Below are positions 28,378 to 35,344 of a DNA stretch of 41,052 bases, in pieces. This DNA is from a virus (Duplodnaviria > Caudoviricetes). The stretch covers positions 1-41,052 of the IMG/VR virus record IMGVR_UViG_3300012002_000306. One strand, written 5' to 3'. The position numbers and the translations under genes were made by a program. How positions within the stretch are numbered: position 1 is the first letter of the stretch; the number at the start of each line of letters is the position of its first letter. The notes beneath the pieces were generated by a model that worked only from the letters and a program-made list of their open reading frames with translations, was not told the origin of the DNA and searched no databases.

Positions 28378-29823
28378 ATGGTACCTGGAACAACGACAAA
28401 AGTAACGCTCACCGGAAACGGGGACGGGCCGTATCCGATCCCATCCGGCATGACCGTGAACCTGGACGTGGACGGAAACGCCACCGACCTCATCGTAACG
28501 CTGACCGACTCGGCGGGGGCTGAAACAACGCTGACGCTTACCACCGACTACACTGTGACCGGCAGAAACGTCTACACCGTGGAAGAATACGACAGCACCT
28601 ACACCATCACGATATCACGGGACTTAGACTACACGCAGGAACGGAACCTTCGTAACCAGAGCACGCTAAACATGGAACACCTTGAATCGGCGTTTGATGA
28701 AGCGTGCATGGAACGGCAGGACCTTCACGCGCAGCTGAACAGGCAGATAGCCGCGCCGATGTCGGACGACTCGCCGGACATGGAACTACCGCCTGCTGCT
28801 CTTCGCAAAAGTCAGTTTATGGCCTTCGACTCCGACGGCAACGTAACGGTATCCGAAGGCACCGGGACACCGGCTAGTGCTGCCTGGGCCGACGTGATAG
28901 AGGAGCTTACCATAGCCGCCGGGCTCGTGGACGCAGGCATAACGGCGAGCGTGGCAGAGCTGAATAATGTTTGTGACGGGGCGACCGTAAGCGCGGCCGA
29001 ACTGAACGCAATGTATATGCTCGGTGACATCAAGTACTCATTCAACCCGAACATCGGGGCGGCACACGGGTTCCTGCCATTTGGCTCCGATGCGGTAAGT
29101 CAGACCGGGGACTACGCTGACCTGTATGCCGTTGTCGGCGACATGTTCGAGGCGGCGTATACCGGCTTAGGCTATGCGGCGAGCGGTGCGGGAATGTTTT
29201 ACCCTGCTCCTCCTCCGCAGTTATTTCCCCGGGCGGCGATACCGAGAGTGGCGGTCGCTGCGGCTGACTTCGACAATGCAAACGATCGTATCGACGATGA
29301 CGACTCTTTAACGTCCGGCGTGGCTCCGTTTCATATTCATCGAGATGGTACGGCGGTTCGGTTTAGTGCGGGTGACGGCACACTCCCGGCGGGCATTACC
29401 GAGGGGACAGTTTACTATGCTCGGAAGGTGAACAGCGACCAGGCTATTGAGTTATGGACAACGGAAGCGGCGGCTGTCAGCGGAAGCGGAACGCAGGTAA
29501 CAGACTTTTCCGGTGCGTCCGGTACAGTGTATATGTACAATGCAGGGCTGTATGTCGCTGATGCGATGCAACGGATCACAGGTTCTTTTTCTACAGAAAC
29601 CTACAACGAAAATGCTTTGCGATCTTTTGATAGTGCTGATGGCGCTATGAGCACAAACGGTTCTGGAGGAGGGGCTCAAGGGCCTTCTTACGAAAGCGGC
29701 ACAGGTTATAGACAGCCTGAGATTGATTTCGATTCTGCTGACTCCCCCGATGCCCGAACAACCAACGAAAGCCGTGCTGAAAACATCCTGCTCTACGGTT
29801 ATATCAAAGCAAAGGCGGTGTGA
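28378..29823 (+). CDS. Tail fibre protein 2
   Basis: N-terminal ~150 aa are paralogous to fibre 1; collar-like LGDIKY...YADLYAVVG; DAMQRITG...ESRAENI C-terminus. Confidence 0.8.
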   Translation: MVPGTTTKVTLTGNGDGPYPIPSGMTVNLDVDGNATDLIVTLTDSAGAETTLTLTTDYTVTGRNVYTVEEYDSTYTITISRDLDYTQERNLRNQSTLNMEHLESAFDEACMERQDLHAQLNRQIAAPMSDDSPDMELPPAALRKSQFMAFDSDGNVTVSEGTGTPASAAWADVIEELTIAAGLVDAGITASVAELNNVCDGATVSAAELNAMYMLGDIKYSFNPNIGAAHGFLPFGSDAVSQTGDYADLYAVVGDMFEAAYTGLGYAASGAGMFYPAPPPQLFPRAAIPRVAVAAADFDNANDRIDDDDSLTSGVAPFHIHRDGTAVRFSAGDGTLPAGITEGTVYYARKVNSDQAIELWTTEAAAVSGSGTQVTDFSGASGTVYMYNAGLYVADAMQRITGSFSTETYNENALRSFDSADGAMSTNGSGGGAQGPSYESGTGYRQPEIDFDSADSPDARTTNESRAENILLYGYIKAKAV

Positions 29824-29900
29824 TGAAGGACCGGCAGACAAAAATATTAAGCGGCAGCCTGCACGGGATGATACCGGTGGGCGACTGTGAGGAGGCAACA

Positions 29901-30278
29901 ATGCTCGACGAAAAGACGGAAAAACGACTACAGACAGTGGAAAAAAGTATTGACCTGATGCTGCGCAATCAAGAGAGCTTCGAAAAAGTCACCAACGAGA
30001 AGATTATCTTCATAACCAAAATGCAAGAAAAGCACGAGAAAACGGTCGGGCGAGTAACAACCGTGCTGCAGAAAATCATGAACAAATTCAATAACGGTTG
30101 GGGCGAGACACTCGCGAGGCATGAAGAGGGGCTTAAAGAAAAAGTTGACTACCAGGACTTAAACGGGGCGATAAACTCGGTGCGGAACGAGGTACGGACA
30201 TTAAAGTGGATATTCGGGCTGTCTTTTCCAGCCGTATTAGGCGCGCTGGTAACGCTGGTCATTATGGGCATGGGGTGA
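29901..30278 (+). CDS. Coiled-coil protein with C-terminal TM helix (lysis module)
   Basis: GAGGAGG RBS before ATG 29901; WIFGLSFPAVLGALVTLVI. Confidence 0.65.
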   Translation: MLDEKTEKRLQTVEKSIDLMLRNQESFEKVTNEKIIFITKMQEKHEKTVGRVTTVLQKIMNKFNNGWGETLARHEEGLKEKVDYQDLNGAINSVRNEVRTLKWIFGLSFPAVLGALVTLVIMGMG

Positions 30279-30886
30279 TGGACATTAAGCAGGACTTTAT
30301 CCCTGTCAACAAATACTCACGACCCGGGATCGTGCGAAGCGAGACCCTCGGGGCGGTCGTGCACGGGACAGGGAAAGCTGGTCAACGTGCATGGGAAACG
30401 AGGAACTTTTTTGAAAGCCTGAAAGACGGTAAAACTAAGAATCTAAATAATAAATGGTACGCCTCAACACAATACATCATCGACATAGACGGGGGCGTGC
30501 TGCAGACGATGCCCGAGGACGAGGTTGCGTATCACTGCGGCGCGGAAGAGTACACCGACGAGGCAAAGGACGCATTCGGCTTTTATTGCGCGCTGCCGTT
30601 ATCCCCGAATCTGTGCACCGTCGGCGTTGAGCTGTGTCACCCGGACTGGACCGGCGAGCTTACCGACCGGACCCTTGTGTCTGCCGTAGAGCTCTTTGCC
30701 GACATCTGCTACCGGCACAACCTACCGACGTCTTATCTCATGCGGCATTACGATATTACCGAGAAACACTGTCCTGAATACTTCGCGGACCATCCGGGCG
30801 AGTTTTACGACTTCCGCATCGAGGTTGCGAAGAGCATCCGGTTTAAGTCCGCGTATTTCGAGAGATATAGGGGGTGGAGAATATGA
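30278..30886 (+). CDS. Endolysin, N-acetylmuramoyl-L-alanine amidase (Amidase_2)
   Basis: VVHGTG, ASTQYIID, EVAYHCG, N..TVGVELC, RHYDITEKHCP. Confidence 0.92.
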   Translation: MDIKQDFIPVNKYSRPGIVRSETLGAVVHGTGKAGQRAWETRNFFESLKDGKTKNLNNKWYASTQYIIDIDGGVLQTMPEDEVAYHCGAEEYTDEAKDAFGFYCALPLSPNLCTVGVELCHPDWTGELTDRTLVSAVELFADICYRHNLPTSYLMRHYDITEKHCPEYFADHPGEFYDFRIEVAKSIRFKSAYFERYRGWRI

Positions 30887-31107
30887 GGATGAGAGGGCGT
30901 AAAGCAACGGCGTTTGTTGTCGGTATCGTTGTGCTGCTGATCCTTTTCGGCGGGATCCTGTGGAAGCAGGCCGCGTCACTGTCCCCCGCGGTCGTTGTCT
31001 GTTTTGTCTCCGCGCTGATACTGATCTGCGCGATGTTCATCGGCGGCAATACGCTGGACAAGATCATACGTTTCAAGTTTCCAAATTACGACGAGGAGAA
31101 GAAATGA
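30883..31107 (+). CDS. Probable holin (2 TM)
   Basis: Two hydrophobic helices, charged C-terminus, FIGGN; follows the endolysin. Confidence 0.65.
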   Translation: MRMRGRKATAFVVGIVVLLILFGGILWKQAASLSPAVVVCFVSALILICAMFIGGNTLDKIIRFKFPNYDEEKK

Positions 31108-31535
31108 ATGTTAAGGTATGGCATGTTGCTGTTGCTATTGCTGTTGTGTTTGTCGGTGGTTTTTTCGCAAGAGGAATCTTTGTCAGTCAGCGACTTAGTG
31201 ACCAGGCTGAAAAGTATCAAGCTGCAGTTGATAGAGCTGAAGGAAGAATCGCAAGCCTTGAGGAAGAATCTGAGCGAGCAAAGCGGCTTAATACTGAACT
31301 TGCAGAACAGCTTGAACGAGACCGAGAAGTTACTGCTGGACTCAGAGAAGAAAATACGCAGCTTAGAGAAAGAAATCGAGAGCAGAGAGACCTCCTTGAC
31401 AGAATTGCGGACATCGGTGGAAGCCTCGGAGCAGCTGGTCAGACGATTGAAGCAGGACTTGACCGAGTTATCAGAGCGCTATCAAACATTATTGCGGTCC
31501 TCGAGGATTGGGAAGATAAAAGTGGGCCTGGGTAG
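31104..31535 (+). CDS. Inner-membrane spanin-like protein (N-terminal TM + coiled coil)
   Basis: GAGGAG RBS, ATGA overlap, VAVAIAVVFVGGFF followed by heptad repeats. Confidence 0.6.
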   Translation: MNVKVWHVAVAIAVVFVGGFFARGIFVSQRLSDQAEKYQAAVDRAEGRIASLEEESERAKRLNTELAEQLERDREVTAGLREENTQLRERNREQRDLLDRIADIGGSLGAAGQTIEAGLDRVIRALSNIIAVLEDWEDKSGPG

Positions 31536-31602
31536 CGGGGCTGCAGGGATCCTTCTCGGTGCTCTGGCTGGCGGCCTTGCGGTTTATTTCTTGTCACGAT
31601 GA
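31108..31602 (+). CDS. Overprinted signal-peptide/coiled-coil/C-terminal-TM protein (spanin partner candidate)
   Basis: +1 frame relative to 31104; MLRYGMLLLLLLLCLSVVFSQE, heptads, GAAGILLGALAGGLAVYFL. Confidence 0.6.
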   Translation: MLRYGMLLLLLLLCLSVVFSQEESLSVSDLVTRLKSIKLQLIELKEESQALRKNLSEQSGLILNLQNSLNETEKLLLDSEKKIRSLEKEIESRETSLTELRTSVEASEQLVRRLKQDLTELSERYQTLLRSSRIGKIKVGLGSGAAGILLGALAGGLAVYFLSR

Positions 31603-31766
31603 CTACTGCCTTCCTTCCCGTTTTCCCGGGATGTGACGGCTTCAGACCGTTCGCAAAAGTCGCACTCTCCCGATACCCATCCGTATATGGGTTCGGGTGC
31701 GTCAAACTCCCGTTCCCAGCAATCACCACATATACTTTGCCCATCACCTAATCTTTGTACCATCAT
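31584..31766 (-). CDS. Small Cys-rich protein
   Basis: CGDC and CDFC motifs; co-directional with the adjacent minus-strand genes. Confidence 0.4.
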   Translation of the reverse strand: MMVQRLGDGQSICGDCWEREFDAPEPIYGWVSGECDFCERSEAVTSRENGKEGSSHRDKK

Positions 31767-31793
31767 TTCTTCCGTCTCGCAAAATTTGCAGTG

Positions 31794-32201
31794 TTACTCA
31801 CCGTATCCAGCTATATATTTCCCGCTACGATCCCAAGCGATTATCGCTTCTTGAAAAGCTTCTCCTAAAGGCGGTTCATCGTAAAGGGTATAATATCCAT
31901 CAATATACTTGATGACGTACGTAAAAAAAGCATCTAACTTTTCTTCATCTTCTGAATTCGGTGTATATTGAGCGTATCTATCAAGAGCAAGTAGGCTTTC
32001 CGGGGTGTCTGGGAGCACTCTCGATAATCCAGAAGCGTTCATGATTCTGTAGCTAGAGACAAAACCCTGATGTAGAGCTATTGCCATTGAATACTTTCGG
32101 CCAAAGCTCCACTCCGTATCCCAAAATACCGCATCGCTGAAATCGCAATATGCAGTTGCGGTAATAGCCGTGAAGGCTATAACCAACAGGACTCTTTTCA
32201 T
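31794..32201 (-). CDS. Secreted/envelope protein (possible superinfection exclusion, by position only)
   Basis: Signal peptide MKRVLLVIAFTAITATAYC; GGAGG RBS; downstream of the repressor gene. Confidence 0.65.
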   Translation of the reverse strand: MKRVLLVIAFTAITATAYCDFSDAVFWDTEWSFGRKYSMAIALHQGFVSSYRIMNASGLSRVLPDTPESLLALDRYAQYTPNSEDEEKLDAFFTYVIKYIDGYYTLYDEPPLGEAFQEAIIAWDRSGKYIAGYGE

Positions 32202-32223
32202 TTTTCTTCCTCCCTGGGAGAGC

Positions 32224-32475
32224 TTATTTTATTCGCTGTTCCCATTCTTCCCGAAGTATGCGGCCTCTCTTTACGTCGGGTGTGTCTTCTTTGCGCGCAG
32301 AACGTTCAAGCTTCTGGTTCTGTTCATAATCGACCGGAACCTCAAGCCCATGTTGTGAGCACATCATGTAAAACATATACAACCCTTGTTCGTTTATCGA
32401 TCTGCATTCCAGTGCACAAACTTTCTTGATTGCTTCGTGCAAGGACTCCGGAACTCTGATACATACTTGTACCAT
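32224..32475 (-). CDS. Arc-like ribbon-helix-helix repressor
   Basis: VQVCIRVPESLHEAIKKVCALECRSINEQ fits the Arc pattern. Confidence 0.78.
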   Translation of the reverse strand: MVQVCIRVPESLHEAIKKVCALECRSINEQGLYMFYMMCSQHGLEVPVDYEQNQKLERSARKEDTPDVKRGRILREEWEQRIK

Positions 32476-32484
32476 AGGACACTT

Positions 32485-32496
32485 CCTTAATTAAGG
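32485..32496. promoter_or_regulatory. Perfect palindrome, candidate operator
   Basis: CCTTAATTAAGG, overlapping the RBS region of the leftward RHH gene. Confidence 0.4.
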
Positions 32497-32514
32497 TGCC
32501 CCCCCCCAATACTA

Positions 32515-32543
32515 AGTATATACCTCATATACAAAAAAAACAA
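32515..32543 (-). promoter_or_regulatory. Candidate leftward sigma70 promoter (proximal)
   Basis: Minus strand reads TTGTTT-N17-TATACT. Confidence 0.4.
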
Positions 32544-32559
32544 TAACTAAAAGTTTTTC

Positions 32560-32589
32560 TTGACAAAAGATACGAAATGCATGTATAAT
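32560..32589 (+). promoter_or_regulatory. Strong rightward sigma70 promoter (early operon)
   Basis: TTGACA-N18-TATAAT with an A/T-rich upstream tract. Confidence 0.8.
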
Positions 32590-32760
32590 GAATGTGTTCT
32601 GATGGTGTGTAGATATTAGAGAAGGGCAAAATAGTTCCGTAAATAGTTATTGGGCAGGTATTTATATTTGATGCTTCCGATAATAGATAACCTGTCTATT
32701 CACGCAATGCATGGGGCTGTTTTTAGTTGTTCTCGGTAATTTCGGCAGGAAAGTTAAGCA

Positions 32761-32789
32761 ATTCTACATAACACCATAAAATTTGTCAA
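32761..32789 (-). promoter_or_regulatory. Leftward sigma70 promoter facing the rightward one
   Basis: Minus strand reads TTGACA-N17-TAGAAT. Confidence 0.7.
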
Positions 32790-32799
32790 GGGAGGGCAC

Positions 32800-32964
32800 A
32801 TGGACAAAAGAAAAGTTCTATATGTTCCGGTAGATAAAGAAACCCATAAGCGCGTAACTCTCGCAACGATAGACCGCGAGATGTATCAAAAAGATTGGGT
32901 CCTTGAGGCGATAAAAGAGAAGCTGGAACGGGAAGTTGAAAAAGAAGCTGAAGTAGCGAGGTAG
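32800..32964 (+). CDS. Ribbon-helix-helix regulator in the Cro position (54 aa, not in ORF track)
   Basis: Manual translation MDKRKVLYVPVDKETHKRVTLATIDREMYQKDWVLEAIKEKLEREVEKEAEVAR; GGGAGG RBS. Confidence 0.78.
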   Translation: MDKRKVLYVPVDKETHKRVTLATIDREMYQKDWVLEAIKEKLEREVEKEAEVAR

Positions 32965-32968
32965 TGGC

Positions 32969-33376
32969 GTGAAGGAACTTACCGGTAGAGAAATCGTTAA
33001 CGCGCTTGAGAGCGCGAAGAGAACGAACGATGTTTTAACCGCGATTATCGAACAGCTTGAGCCAGATGCAGAATTTGGCCGACTTGCTAAGCAGGATGAA
33101 ACTACATTCAGCATGAAAGAGGCTGCCGATCTTCTCGAAAAGAAAACCGGGCTAGGAAGAAACAAATTGATGGAATGGCTTCGATATGAGGGCGTTCTGC
33201 TTTCTTCTGAGAATTACAAAAACCAACCGGCGCGGACATATATCGACAGCGGATATTTCTCGAAAGCGGAAAAAGAAACGCCTGTAGGGATGAAGATGGT
33301 TACCGTTGTCACAAACAAGGGCATCGATTTCATATTGAGACTTTGGGAAAAGCATAGAGCGGAGGTAGAGGGGTGA
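32969..33376 (+). CDS. Phage antirepressor, KilAC/ANT domain
   Basis: LEPDAEF, FSMKEAADLL, GLGRNKLMEWLR, NQP...YIDSGYF, TVVTNKGIDFI; GTG start. Confidence 0.88.
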   Translation: MKELTGREIVNALESAKRTNDVLTAIIEQLEPDAEFGRLAKQDETTFSMKEAADLLEKKTGLGRNKLMEWLRYEGVLLSSENYKNQPARTYIDSGYFSKAEKETPVGMKMVTVVTNKGIDFILRLWEKHRAEVEG

Positions 33377-34101
33377 TTGACACAGTAATGATTGATCGAT
33401 CAAAGAGAATCATCGAATGCCATAACGGAATACACAGCTCTATGAAACAGGCCCTTGATTATGCACTCGAAGCTGGGCGGCTATTAACAGAGGCAAAAGA
33501 AGAGTTGAACCACGGAGGGTTCCTCCCGTGGCTGAAAGAGAATATGCCGTTTTCTGAGGATACCGCAGAGCGGTATATGAAGCTTAACAAACATCTCGAC
33601 AAAATCCGCACAGTGCGGAATTTGCAGGAAGCTTACCACCAAATAGAAACCATCGAGGCGCAGGAAAAGAAACGGAGGGAACAAGAAAACCGGCAAAAGA
33701 TACAGCAGTTCGAAGAAACCGGAGACAAGCCGGAAACATGGGATCGGTCCACGGACTACCAGTACAAAAAAGACAAAGATGACCGGGAGTTTGAAGAACA
33801 GAAACAGACCGCCTTCCGCGAAAAAGAAGAGAAAGCGAAAAAGCATTATAGCAAAGAAGAAATCAGCGAAGCAATAAAAAACGCCGAGAGGGTGAGTGCC
33901 GAATTAGAAAAGCACGCACACCTAAACCTTTCATCTTATGCGGACACGGCCAGCCAAACTTCGATGTTCGCGGCTATCGAGTTTTATTTGAATTCCTTCG
34001 AAGGTGTGAGCTCCCAGCTGGAAGCGGCACACAACCTGATAAAGAAGCTAAAAATGATCGTTAATGAATTACAAGTCAAATCTGTGGAGATAGAGACGTG
34101 A
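33373..34101 (+). CDS. DUF3102-like domain protein with charged helical C-terminus
   Basis: ALEAGRLLTEAKEELNHGGFLPWLKENMPFSEDTAERYMKL; the stop codon abuts the repeat array. Confidence 0.8.
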   Translation: MIDTVMIDRSKRIIECHNGIHSSMKQALDYALEAGRLLTEAKEELNHGGFLPWLKENMPFSEDTAERYMKLNKHLDKIRTVRNLQEAYHQIETIEAQEKKRREQENRQKIQQFEETGDKPETWDRSTDYQYKKDKDDREFEEQKQTAFREKEEKAKKHYSKEEISEAIKNAERVSAELEKHAHLNLSSYADTASQTSMFAAIEFYLNSFEGVSSQLEAAHNLIKKLKMIVNELQVKSVEIET

Positions 34102-34441
34102 CCACGGAACGAGAGCGAGCCAGGGAACAAGAGAAAACCATGTCTGGTGAGCGAGCCAGGAAAGCGGAGAAAACCATTAGTGTAGAGCGGGCCAATATGC
34201 TGGAGAAGACCATGCAGACAGAGCGAGCCAACATTACTGAGAAAACCATGTTGTGAGAGCGAGTCAAGAAAAGTGAGGTAACCATGACGACGGAGCGGGC
34301 CAAGCGAAAAGAGGAAACCAGTCTTTGTGAGCGAGCCGACGGCATTGAGCAAACCATCTCCAAAGAGCGGGCCATCGAGCCAGAGAAAACCAAGTGGGCC
34401 GAGCGAGCCATTCATTTTGAGAAAACCAAAATGCTTGAGCG
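34101..34441 (+). repeat. TIGR-like dual-repeat/dual-spacer array: a half unit plus nine 36-nt units (putative guide RNA precursor)
   Basis: Unit consensus AGCCA-N9-AGAAAACCA-N9-AGCG at exact 36-nt spacing (34118, 34154, 34190, 34226, 34262, 34298, 34334, 34370, 34406); all spacers are different. Confidence 0.9.
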
Positions 34442-34449
34442 TAATTTCA

Positions 34450-34484
34450 GCCCGGCGGTTCTACCTCCGGCCGTCGGGCACTTT
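34450..34484 (+). terminator. GC-rich hairpin closing the array (terminator or processing signal)
   Basis: GCCCGGCGG (34450-34458) pairs with CCGTCGGGC (34471-34479); followed by ACTTT. Confidence 0.55.
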
Positions 34485-34508
34485 AAAACAGGAGGCATGG
34501 AGGAAGTG

Positions 34509-34604
34509 ATGATCGGACCGATACTACGAGCGGTAGCAATCGTATTTCTTATCTTCTTTGCCGTCGGCGGCATCATCGTCTACTGGGTGGAGAGCAGGAA
34601 GTGA
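34509..34604 (+). CDS. Small single-TM protein (31 aa)
   Basis: GGAGG RBS; MIGPILRAVAIVFLIFFAVGGIIVYWVESRK. Confidence 0.5.
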   Translation: MIGPILRAVAIVFLIFFAVGGIIVYWVESRK

Positions 34605-34627
34605 ATTGCTGCAAAGGGAGAGGGCAT

Positions 34628-34987
34628 ATGAAGCTATCAGAAGAGAGCCAGGCACGGCTGGAAGCGGAAATCCAGCGGGATATCGTCGCGTATCTGCAGC
34701 TGATGGACTGCATAGCCTACCGTAACAACAGCGGGGCGATAAAGGTAGGGAAACGGTTTATCCGCTTCGGGGACCCCGGCGCGCCGGACATTGTCGCCAT
34801 CGTGCCCCCGCAGGGCCGGTTTGTGGGTCTGGAAGTAAAGCGGGATAAAAAGAAGCTGACCACTGAGCAGAAATACTACCAGCAACGGGTCAGAGAACTG
34901 GGAGGCATCTACGAGCGGGTCACGTCCGTAGATGATGTCAAGAAGGTACTGGAGAACTCAGGAAGGAGGTCACATGGAAAACAGTGA
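34628..34987 (+). CDS. VRR-NUC domain nuclease (Holliday junction resolvase-like)
   Basis: EAEIQRDI, RNNSGA, GAPDI, GLEVK, EQK...GGIY..V.SVDD. Confidence 0.88.
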   Translation: MKLSEESQARLEAEIQRDIVAYLQLMDCIAYRNNSGAIKVGKRFIRFGDPGAPDIVAIVPPQGRFVGLEVKRDKKKLTTEQKYYQQRVRELGGIYERVTSVDDVKKVLENSGRRSHGKQ

Positions 34988-35156
34988 ACAAGTACGCAGG
35001 AACGAACGATATCTGCGACAGACGGAAGCCCGAGACTATGAAGAGTTTGCAGGGCTGTATGATGAAGAAGAGCCAGACTTCGAGTATCTGGCAGAAAAAG
35101 AAAGGCGGGCCTTTCGGCACCGCCCCAAACATTATGTAAGGAGCATATCATGTTAA
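34974..35156 (+). CDS. Hypothetical protein
   Basis: AAGGAGGT RBS before ATG 34974. Confidence 0.6.
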   Translation: MENSEQVRRNERYLRQTEARDYEEFAGLYDEEEPDFEYLAEKERRAFRHRPKHYVRSISC

Positions 35157-35344
35157 TGCAGAATATGCAACAGGAACGGACGTGGCAGACCGCGTCGGCA
35201 GAGATCATCACCCATATCATGAAGCTGCACAACGTTGATGTCAAAAAGGCCCGAAGACTTTACCGGGCTGCGCTAGACACGTTGGAGATCTGGACGGTCA
35301 TCATGGAAGAAGTAGCGTCCATGGTGGGAGGAGACGAGTCATGA
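35150..35344 (+). CDS. Hypothetical protein
   Basis: AAGGAG RBS; coupled to the ERF gene. Confidence 0.6.
   Translation: MLMQNMQQERTWQTASAEIITHIMKLHNVDVKKARRLYRAALDTLEIWTVIMEEVASMVGGDES

Noticed and set aside
26378-29823. Diversity-generating retroelement, suggested by the BPP-1-like structural genes
   Set aside because: No reverse transcriptase and no template/variable repeat pair differing at adenines was seen.
32348-32359. CCATGTTGTGAG in the repressor gene matches unit 4 spacer B plus the preceding CCA
   Set aside because: The adjacent sequence does not match spacer A, and several 9-mer hits are expected by chance in 41 kb. A full self-target search could not be done by eye.
34118-34441. 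CRISPR array interpretation
   Set aside because: Repeats are 9-10 nt and alternate between two types, spacers are only 8-9 nt, and no cas genes are present.
33984-34508. ORFs over the array (33984..34415 -, 34076..34411 -, the 5' part of 34284..34604 +, and a GTG-started 34098..34256 +) with 12-aa periodicity
   Set aside because: They are by-products of a 36-nt period. The plus frame has a TGA in unit 4, and invariant bases include wobble positions and the first base of variable codons, which points to nucleotide-level constraint.
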